The notes below the pieces were generated by a model. That model did no database searches. It saw only the letters and a list, made by a program, of their open reading frames with translations, and was not told where the DNA came from. The translations under genes and the position numbers were made by a program. From positions 11,392-75,391 of IMG/VR virus record IMGVR_UViG_3300032092_000021: a DNA stretch of 64,000 nt; one strand, 5' to 3'. The stretch's first letter is position 1, and every line of letters begins with the position of its first letter. This document shows, one piece after another, positions 39,501 through 46,913 of the stretch. Source of the stretch: a virus.

Positions 39501-41667
39501 AAAAGAGGTTAGAATAGGGATTAAAAAATATGGAGGTTGGTTAGATAAATACCAAGATGGTAAAGAAGTAAAAACATATGCTAATGATCCTAGCTACTTT
39601 GACAATCGTGCTGTATTTGTAGATAATCCACAAGCTAATGATCTAGTTAGATCTAAGGTGTATGCCGGAACACATGGATGGGATCCTAACACCAATTCAT
39701 TAGTTAAGCTTGATAAACCAGTTGCTGTACCTAAAGCTGTGCAAGAGATGTCTACAGCAGATTGGGGTAAGAAAAGGTCTAAGGAAAGATTTGAATCTAA
39801 CACACCAGCTGGTAAAGCTACAAGAAAAGCAGTAGTTGCAAGAGATATGCAACAGATGGTACAAAACCCTGCGTTCTACGCTCCCGGTGCTATTGCAGCT
39901 GGAGCACTTGCAGCACCCGCACTTGCGGGAGTTGCGGGAACACTAACAGCACCTTTGACTATAGGATCAACTGTAGTTCCAGGAGCTACTATGGGTAATG
40001 CGTTAGCTGCAGGATTTGCTGCAGATGCACTCGTAAATAGATTGCCACAAATCCCAGGACAATTAAACAGAGGTGAATATAGTGATGCTGCTATTAATGC
40101 CGCAACAGGATTACTAGATGTGGGGTCTGCTGGTATGCTTAACTCTTTATATAAGACTGCAACAAAAGCTATTAAGTCTACATACGCTCCTTCCGAACTA
40201 GATATTATTAGAGGTCTATTAAAAAAGGGAAACCAACGCCAAATAGAAATAGAGCGTAATGTAAAACCAGTTCAGGCTACAATATCACAAAATCCATATT
40301 CAGTAACATTACCAACTCTTACAAAAGAAGAAGATCTTATAAGAGATAGTTATAATAGAAACAGATGGTCTAATGATCCCGGATTCTGGAGATGGTATAA
40401 TAAAAAACATCATGGTTTAGATTACGATAGACCTATTAAAAGATTTTTTGATCCATCAGATCCTGGACATTTGTCTGATACTGCTGATGATGCAAATAGA
40501 GTATCATTCTTTGACTCTTCCGAGATGTCAAATATAGACAGTCAAATTAAACAAGGTAATACTTGGTTACAAGATTGGTTTAAAAATCCTGCTACTGCTC
40601 AAAGAATAGCGAATACAGGGTTTGACGAGTCTTCGTTAGTTAGAAAAAACATTAACGATTTTGTAGATAATAAAAATGTTGTAAGATTTGAGCCCTCCTT
40701 AAGCTCAAAAATATGGACAGGAAATGAATTAGGAAGTTACTTTCCTAAGTCTAATAAAGCATATGTAGATGCGGAGCATTTTTCTTTTATGGATGGAACC
40801 AAATCAATACCATCAACAGTAATACATGAGGGTACGCATTTAACAAGTGCTGGAGAACTTGCTTATAATCAGAAACTAACAGATCTTACAGCTGATATAT
40901 TTAGGGGTAGTGATGCAAGTGAGTTTGCTAAAATGTTCCGTACAGAAAATGATATTAAAAAAGTTAATAAACTGACATCTCCTGCAGAAACACATGCTAG
41001 GATTATGCAAATAAGACAACAGTATAATATAAAACCAGAGCAAATAGTTGATGATACAGTTATCAATAAAATTATAGAGGACGGTCTTTCCGGTAAATTG
41101 CCCGTAAGCAAAAAATTCTTTGAGCTAATTCAAAACAAAGATGCTTTCAAAAAAGCAATGAATACTTTACCTGCAATAGGTGCGGGCGTTGCTATAGGTA
41201 CTGGAGGATTACAAGAAAAGAAAACCGGTGGATCAACAAGATGGTTAGATCGATATCAGGATGGTGGGTCTAGAGAGATGCCACTCGGACTACCCTTGAG
41301 AGAACAAAACGTTTACTTACTTCCTGAGTATAATCAACCAATGGCTAATGGTTATATTCTTCCTGATCCTAACAGACCAGAGTTAATGAATACAGGAGCT
41401 ACTGAGTATAAGTATTCATATGGAATGGACGACAGAGATGTTCAAGTTCCAAGTGTAGTAGCAGGTCAGTATATTGGAGATAGAGCTTTTGATAGATATA
41501 TGATATCCGGAGAAGAGTTTAAACCAATGGTTGACCCAAGTTCCTATAGCCAATACTACGATATGCTTAATAGATTAGGGTTAATGAAACAGAAAAAAGG
41601 AGGAGAAATGTCCCCAAGTATGGGATATTTTAACTATATTGGTGGATATGGGGGTATGTTGCCTTAA
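36532..41667 (+). CDS. modular virion cargo protein with repeated GG/WLDKYQ linkers and a zincin metallopeptidase module
   Basis: HEGTH at 40825-40839 plus ETHAR; linkers at 37042, 38830, 39523 and 41218. Confidence 0.65.
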   Translation: MNWLDKFIVSERGQWDYPGYPTVIPTKNGRITMEGVPYPVIGFVPGQPPVMMQPGKNYKFPGNMVYEIPVTENKVFKTKEDFYRDLLLQTRNKYWPKRESKPFDLGFDSALPRVGPGPIKMPTIRSSYTGIAMKQGGHILPGRLKNPEGNWVSVYANGGDISIPDLSRPNWLDKYQSKTTSGSVSKSGPRIENLPIQKVDNKLEIAYDGSTVYVRKIGEEKFTTLNPEKSKAFIQKYQGFIPPTLTQVEEQKKKQAAYNAKIAKEKKEFDELRKVDTTPNPREKEMMIELARKERAELGEKGFLEQAWDALPNASSITDPIKRAYHALPDVGDVSKVASGMMGLPEELAKQGVSYLWNNYKVPQTDIPVLRSIGELTPKEIYESFQNRYVEKNFGEAGLIGESNLEEFNVLDETSGTSNMQELPKSRAKYGPQSLPLRKDSRGNLLPAYQPIGGNDSLARFSYTFNNDIAGADSLPPTHFVTPKIKELTGNPDRPRQWDNAFAVGDFLRDADITENQFYHPDKYYVGTSNSALRNSDLGIKSNKLISASNQLINDPEKYWAVYKWDPKNSEAAWVRYMKTDEIKSKKDELEKQGWSLDMPVSGQHRFDDVDWEGKGSDTGYKADSEWVPLKKGAKQIKSQKGVNHTYIPQGTSKGQDKGTYNLFSGGSITFIWKDPETNERLASTLAGSVSDMKAYGEKLKKEYGLKEGDLEIVYHDTGSYSAKPAAKDGTLYYDQWKNYNAYNKGYSGAALIVPTQDWLENWTPNKKEGGQLDKYQSKDTGAIKKGWHQKVYNDPDAFAKANKAFNDSLNLSKRSYELLKDIAPNSSYKSNIPYEDVYFTADGPGGYFIDNVDFGRQFLGLNYLTDTNFRIPGTKEQLILEEAFSKRIKPIGFNTTDFPVPIYKWPTEEPVYEELKNLPYLDAKLERPDFKLDIGKPPVKSQGIRIRPMMTADQTTSTGQYQSGKYMWDPETKSWKVKMLSPETQQENRKEVRIGIKKYGGWLDKYQDGKEVKTYANDPSYFDNRAVFVDNPQANDLVRSKVYAGTHGWDPNTNSLVKLDKPVAVPKAVQEMSTADWGKKRSKERFESNTPAGKATRKAVVARDMQQMVQNPAFYAPGAIAAGALAAPALAGVAGTLTAPLTIGSTVVPGATMGNALAAGFAADALVNRLPQIPGQLNRGEYSDAAINAATGLLDVGSAGMLNSLYKTATKAIKSTYAPSELDIIRGLLKKGNQRQIEIERNVKPVQATISQNPYSVTLPTLTKEEDLIRDSYNRNRWSNDPGFWRWYNKKHHGLDYDRPIKRFFDPSDPGHLSDTADDANRVSFFDSSEMSNIDSQIKQGNTWLQDWFKNPATAQRIANTGFDESSLVRKNINDFVDNKNVVRFEPSLSSKIWTGNELGSYFPKSNKAYVDAEHFSFMDGTKSIPSTVIHEGTHLTSAGELAYNQKLTDLTADIFRGSDASEFAKMFRTENDIKKVNKLTSPAETHARIMQIRQQYNIKPEQIVDDTVINKIIEDGLSGKLPVSKKFFELIQNKDAFKKAMNTLPAIGAGVAIGTGGLQEKKTGGSTRWLDRYQDGGSREMPLGLPLREQNVYLLPEYNQPMANGYILPDPNRPELMNTGATEYKYSYGMDDRDVQVPSVVAGQYIGDRAFDRYMISGEEFKPMVDPSSYSQYYDMLNRLGLMKQKKGGEMSPSMGYFNYIGGYGGMLP
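37046..38868 (+). repeat. 20-nt exact direct repeat TAGATAAGTATCAATCTAAA at 37046-37065 and 38849-38868
   Basis: Read directly. Encodes LDKYQSK and brackets a ~600-codon module. Confidence 0.85.
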
Positions 41668-41698
41668 TGAGTATCTTTGACTTATAAATAATTCTAGT

Positions 41699-43954
41699 AT
41701 GAAAAAAGAATTTATGCGAATAGGGGGAGCTAAAACTGAAAAAGAGTTTTACGAAATGTACCCAACAGAAGAAGCTTTCCTTATGAAACATGGTGGCGCT
41801 ATAAATAAACTTATGGCAAAAGGTGGTGAAGCATATCCACAAACAGCTACTATGGATAACTTTTTTAGTTACGGGGTACCAGTCCCACCTACTTACTATC
41901 GTCAGGGTGGTGCATTCCCTATGGCACAACCAGAGAATCAGTTCTTCTCCCCTTTCTATGGAAACGTTCCTAACCCATACAATAAAGCTATGGGTGGAAG
42001 CTCTGAAGCATATCCCCAGTCAATGTCTTTTCCCTATGGAGACACTGGTAGAAGCACACACTTTATGATGGAAGAGGGTGGGTATATGCCTGAAGAACAA
42101 ACTCTGCCAAAGATGGGAGTCAACGGTAAACTCCTAGAGTTTGTTGGTACTATTAAAAACACAGCTACTAATAAACTAAACAGTAATCTTGCTACATACG
42201 GTAAAGTAAAGAACCCTGAGCAGTATGAATTTGAGCAAGCTAAATACGGTGGTAATCTAAAAAAATATCAGGCTGATGCTACTTCCGGAAATACACCACC
42301 TCAAGACGCTGGTGCTGTTTCTGACAAACCTGCAGGAAGCAATGTTTACAATTATTACTACGGATATGATCCTCGTCAGAATCAAGGAGCTGGTCAACTT
42401 CCTCCAGAATACTATAATGACATAGACTATTTACGTGGAAGAAGAAGACCACTCAGTGACTTTAATATTCGCGGTAGAGGTATGGCGGGTAATTATAGAG
42501 CAACTGGTTGGTTGAAAGATGAGTATGGATTGGATAGACTTAGAGAAATGGGTCTAACTAGAATGGATCAAAGTAATCCAAGATGGTGGCAGTTAATGAA
42601 GCGTCCTACACAAACTTACTATTTTGGAAATCAGGGACAAGGACCAATGGGATATGTACCAGGTCAAGTAGATCAACAAGGTATGCCTATTACAAACCAA
42701 CAAGGACCTGCTGCAGGGGGTGCAGGTACTACTGGTACTACTGGCGGCACAGGTACTACCGGTACAGGTCAACCAGATTCTACATCAGATTTAGGTTTCT
42801 TTGCTAGACTGTTTAATAGACAAGGTAATATAACTCCGCAGTCAGCAAATATTACTAGGAAACCTACAGATCTTCAAGCAGGATCTCCTGAAATGATTAG
42901 TGACGCTAACCCCTATGCTTATAACATTGCAAAGTCTGATACTTGGAACCAGATTCAACAGAATAAGAGAAAGAGAATTTTTGGAAAGCTGGATGAACTA
43001 GAAGGTCGTAAACAGTGGCAAAAAGATACTCTTGGTTTAGCTTATGACAATATGAAAAATAAACCTGTTGATCCTGTAACGGGTAAACCGTTTGATAGAG
43101 AGGAATATATGGCAGCAGGTGACCAGTTATACGGCAGGAAAAAAAGACAAGAAGATAGATTAAAGAGAAGAGAAACAAGATCAAACGATAGATTTGGCAT
43201 TTACGATGAAGGTGGCAGCACACCCCCATGTCCTCCAGGATATACTTGGAAAGGAGGACAGTGTGTAAAACAATCTAGAAAAGAAAGAAGAGAAAACCCT
43301 CAGCAATATCAATCTCATGTAGGGGAATCTTATAGAACTCCTGTTACTGCTGCTGAATATAAAAGACAAGAAGAAAGTAAAGCTAGAGAACAAGAGCTCA
43401 TGAGACAGGAAGCTGAGCAAGAAAAGTATTTAAGAGATCTTCCTACTATGGATTCTTCTGAAGAGTACCTTAAAAATAATCCTAAGGATACACCTTTTGT
43501 AAAAAATAAAGATGTTACAGTAGGGACACCCATAACAGAAGATCCATATAGAGCTTTACCGGGAGCTAATCCAGTGCTTACTTTTCCTTTAACTAGTTAT
43601 GAGCAGTTTTATCCTCAGAACATGATTAAAAGAGATGTTTATGCTCCACAGATGGAAGTACCATATGAGTTTCCTAATTACACAGATCGTGAGAGACTTT
43701 CGAATCTTTTAGATGCTGTTGATGCTGGACTTATTCCATCTAATTTTCGTACTACTGATCCAATGGAAATAGAAAGACAAAATAGAATTTCAGATGCTGT
43801 TGGTTCTGGAGTACCTTTTAATCTATCCGGTCCTAGAGAATACAGAAAAGGTGGATCTTCTAGAAATTACAATACGGGAGATGTAGTAGATATGACTCCG
43901 GAAGAACTAAAGAGATTCATTGAAATGGGTGGTCAAGTAGAATTCTTAGACTAA
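41699..43954 (+). CDS. low-complexity virion cargo protein with many xxGG motifs
   Basis: MKHGG, MAKGG, YRQGG, KAMGG, MEEGG, AKYGGNLKKYQ, YDEGG, YRKGG. Confidence 0.6.
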   Translation: MKKEFMRIGGAKTEKEFYEMYPTEEAFLMKHGGAINKLMAKGGEAYPQTATMDNFFSYGVPVPPTYYRQGGAFPMAQPENQFFSPFYGNVPNPYNKAMGGSSEAYPQSMSFPYGDTGRSTHFMMEEGGYMPEEQTLPKMGVNGKLLEFVGTIKNTATNKLNSNLATYGKVKNPEQYEFEQAKYGGNLKKYQADATSGNTPPQDAGAVSDKPAGSNVYNYYYGYDPRQNQGAGQLPPEYYNDIDYLRGRRRPLSDFNIRGRGMAGNYRATGWLKDEYGLDRLREMGLTRMDQSNPRWWQLMKRPTQTYYFGNQGQGPMGYVPGQVDQQGMPITNQQGPAAGGAGTTGTTGGTGTTGTGQPDSTSDLGFFARLFNRQGNITPQSANITRKPTDLQAGSPEMISDANPYAYNIAKSDTWNQIQQNKRKRIFGKLDELEGRKQWQKDTLGLAYDNMKNKPVDPVTGKPFDREEYMAAGDQLYGRKKRQEDRLKRRETRSNDRFGIYDEGGSTPPCPPGYTWKGGQCVKQSRKERRENPQQYQSHVGESYRTPVTAAEYKRQEESKAREQELMRQEAEQEKYLRDLPTMDSSEEYLKNNPKDTPFVKNKDVTVGTPITEDPYRALPGANPVLTFPLTSYEQFYPQNMIKRDVYAPQMEVPYEFPNYTDRERLSNLLDAVDAGLIPSNFRTTDPMEIERQNRISDAVGSGVPFNLSGPREYRKGGSSRNYNTGDVVDMTPEELKRFIEMGGQVEFLD

Positions 43955-43959
43955 TTACA

Positions 43960-46860
43960 ATGAAAGTTAGAATCACAAAAGCTCCTAAGGTTAAAAAGTA
44001 TCAAGCTTTATTTACCCCTGGTCAAGTAGAGGAGGATCCTTTTTATGTACCAAACAGTATGGATGGTCAAAGGAATTATGTAAATGCTCCTATTAATTTA
44101 CAAACTAATCAAAATGGTAGTCTTGCTGGTTCTGGTGTTTTACAACCCGGATTAGCTCTTGATAAAAACAACCAGACTGTAAATCTCAATAATGTAAACG
44201 ACAACGTTACAAATGAGCAACAAATTAGCAAAGGTTTGCAAGGTAGCATAACAGAAAAAGGTCAGTCAAAGTTTGGTCAGTTTATAAGAGGTTTAGGACC
44301 TAAAGGTGGAATGAAGGCTTATGAAAATCGTCAAGACTGGAAAGAGATTATTGCGGGGATTGCTAGCAGAAAGAGTAAAAAAGATATGGATGCGCAAGCC
44401 GTTAAAGGTTTTCATAATATGCAACCTATTGCTGCAGCAACCCAGGGTACGTTTGATCCTAATAGTATGAATAACTTTACTCCTGGTATGCTAAACACAG
44501 TACCTTCTACAGGAGATTTTGCTGCATCACCATATATGAATATGGGTTATGGAAAAAATGGTGGTCAATACATGGCATATGGTGGTAGAGTGTTTAATCA
44601 GGTAGCACCTAATGCTTTACCCGATAAAACATCTGAACCTAGAATAGCTGTATCAAATACACTACAGCCAATACCTAGAGAGTTTGCAAATATTGAAGCA
44701 GAGAAAGATGAGACTATATACTTCTTAAACAACGGTGGTCTTCCTGCACATTATAAGATTGGTGGTCAACCGCACAGCAAGGGAGGAACTCCTTTAAATG
44801 TTCCCGAAGATAGCTTTGTATTTAGTAAAGCGTTGAAGATTAAGGATAAAAGATTGTTTCCTTTTTTTGATATAAATAAACCTACCAGCTTTTCAGATGT
44901 TGCTAAAAAATACGATATAAATAAATTTAGAAAAGTATTAGCAGATCCTGATACGGACAAGTTGCAAAGAGAAACTGCCGAGAAGATGATTGGTAACTAC
45001 AATCTTAAACTCGGTATGTTAGCTTTAGCGCAAGAATCTACAAAAGGATTCCCGCAAGGTTTACCTATGATAGCTGCACCGTTTACTGCAGTTAATGCGC
45101 TAGATCCAGAAATGATTTTACCTACACCACCTCAGTCTGCTGAGATGCCGGAAGAACAATTTATGGAACAAGAGATGCCCGCTTATAAATTCGGAGGAGC
45201 TATGAGAGTTAGAATTAAATCTTTACCTAGATATCAGTCATACAATACTGGTGCTAGTGTTGCTGATGATATGATGTCAGATGCTGGTTTATCTGACCAA
45301 ACTTACGTACAAACCCCACCAGCAAATATACCCCCACCTCCACCTGTTGCTGTTGTTACACCTGCTGCACCAGCAGCACCTCCTGCAGCAACTGTAGCTA
45401 CTCCTACAGCTACTCCTCCACCTACTATTGTGGTAAATGGAGTTACAATAGATACAGCAACTAATCAACCTGTAGCTAAGTCTTCTCCTGCTAGTGACAA
45501 TAAAAAGAAAGCATCTAAATCAGAGTCTAAAAGTACCGCAGGTACATTTGATTTCAATGTAGATGTTATGGAGGGTAATCCTGACTTTTGGCAGGGTTAC
45601 ACTGATTTGGTTACATCTGGTGTTATCAAACAAGAATTAGCAACAGGGTTTGAAGATGCTGCTGTTCGTCAGCGCGAAAGTCAACAAGGTCTTAGACCAG
45701 GTACTGCAAACGTATATGGTGATAGAGATATTCATAAGGGAGAACTCTTTGATGACTTTAAGAAAAGACAAGCGTGGTATTTTCAAAATAAGAAAAACTG
45801 GAATCCTGAAAATAAAGCTGACGTAGAAGACTTTCAAAGAGAGTATTGTAAAAAAGCTGCTGAGTACGGTATGAAGTCTTGTTACTTTAATACCAAGGAT
45901 GTAAAAGATTCTAAAGGTAGAACTATAAAGGGGACTACGTTTGATGGTCTTTATGGTGAGCACACTTTTAATGCTCCAGGATTTAATAAAGCTGATGCAC
46001 AACCAGAACCTCAACCACAACCTCAACCAGAACCAGAAAAAAAACCAGAACCTATTAAGACTAATCCTTTAGATGTATCTGAGGATTATACTCGTAGAAG
46101 CGGTTATTTCCCTCAGGATCTTATAAATCTTTCTGCAGCTTTAGCTCAAAGAATTACTGTACCTGATACATGGTATGCTCCTTTACAGTTTAAAGGTGTA
46201 GACCCTGCGTATCTGGTACCGGACTATAGTCCAATCATGGAAGCTGCTAATATTAGCACTCAGGGTGTTAATGCTTATGGTTCTCGTCAAAGTGCAGATG
46301 CTTCATTTGCTCTTATTCAGGGTAAATCAGCAAGACCTTCTGCGGAACATAATCTAGCAGTTGCTAATGCTAATGCAGGTATTTACAATAACGCTCAGCA
46401 GATTAACGCACAGATAGCAAATCAAAATGCTATGTACAATAATCAGTTAGCTCAAGCAGACTTTGATGCTAATGCACTTTATGAGCAAGAAAGAATAAAA
46501 GCTCAGAATAAAAAGAGAGCGGATCTTGCTAGACTTGTAAACACCGCGATTACCAATAGAGCTACTGCAGAAACTCTTAGCGATGCATACTCCGAGTATT
46601 TCAATATAGATCCTACTCGTGGCGGACATGTTGAGTTCTACAAAGGAATTGATGAGCTTGTACCTAACGACAAAGCAGATATGGACGATCTTGCATCACT
46701 TGATAAACAGCTTACAAATCTTGGTTACACTAAAGAAGAAAAGAAAGATATTCTTAAATCTGCACTAGCCAGTAAGTATGCTACAAAGGGTACTAGGAAT
46801 CCATATCTACCTGATTACTCGCAGCTTATGTATCCATTTAACATGCAGCAGGGTTCTTAA
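43960..46860 (+). CDS. virion cargo/ejection protein with EAE..E / G..H..GG domain and a peptidoglycan-binding-like motif
   Basis: ANIEAEKDE, GGQPHSKGG, DVEDFQ...DGLYGEHT; Pro/Ala-rich and (QP/EP)n linkers; Asn/Gln/Ala-rich coiled-coil C-terminus. Confidence 0.6.
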   Translation: MKVRITKAPKVKKYQALFTPGQVEEDPFYVPNSMDGQRNYVNAPINLQTNQNGSLAGSGVLQPGLALDKNNQTVNLNNVNDNVTNEQQISKGLQGSITEKGQSKFGQFIRGLGPKGGMKAYENRQDWKEIIAGIASRKSKKDMDAQAVKGFHNMQPIAAATQGTFDPNSMNNFTPGMLNTVPSTGDFAASPYMNMGYGKNGGQYMAYGGRVFNQVAPNALPDKTSEPRIAVSNTLQPIPREFANIEAEKDETIYFLNNGGLPAHYKIGGQPHSKGGTPLNVPEDSFVFSKALKIKDKRLFPFFDINKPTSFSDVAKKYDINKFRKVLADPDTDKLQRETAEKMIGNYNLKLGMLALAQESTKGFPQGLPMIAAPFTAVNALDPEMILPTPPQSAEMPEEQFMEQEMPAYKFGGAMRVRIKSLPRYQSYNTGASVADDMMSDAGLSDQTYVQTPPANIPPPPPVAVVTPAAPAAPPAATVATPTATPPPTIVVNGVTIDTATNQPVAKSSPASDNKKKASKSESKSTAGTFDFNVDVMEGNPDFWQGYTDLVTSGVIKQELATGFEDAAVRQRESQQGLRPGTANVYGDRDIHKGELFDDFKKRQAWYFQNKKNWNPENKADVEDFQREYCKKAAEYGMKSCYFNTKDVKDSKGRTIKGTTFDGLYGEHTFNAPGFNKADAQPEPQPQPQPEPEKKPEPIKTNPLDVSEDYTRRSGYFPQDLINLSAALAQRITVPDTWYAPLQFKGVDPAYLVPDYSPIMEAANISTQGVNAYGSRQSADASFALIQGKSARPSAEHNLAVANANAGIYNNAQQINAQIANQNAMYNNQLAQADFDANALYEQERIKAQNKKRADLARLVNTAITNRATAETLSDAYSEYFNIDPTRGGHVEFYKGIDELVPNDKADMDDLASLDKQLTNLGYTKEEKKDILKSALASKYATKGTRNPYLPDYSQLMYPFNMQQGS

Positions 46861-46913
46861 ACTTTAAAAGTTTTTTAAACTTACTAGATTTTTATTGTAT
46901 ATTTATATTAATT

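Noticed and set aside
45320-46050. Pro/Ala-rich and (QP/EP)n tracts, and the Gly/Thr tract at about 42720-42770
   Set aside because: Ordinary low-complexity linkers between domains.
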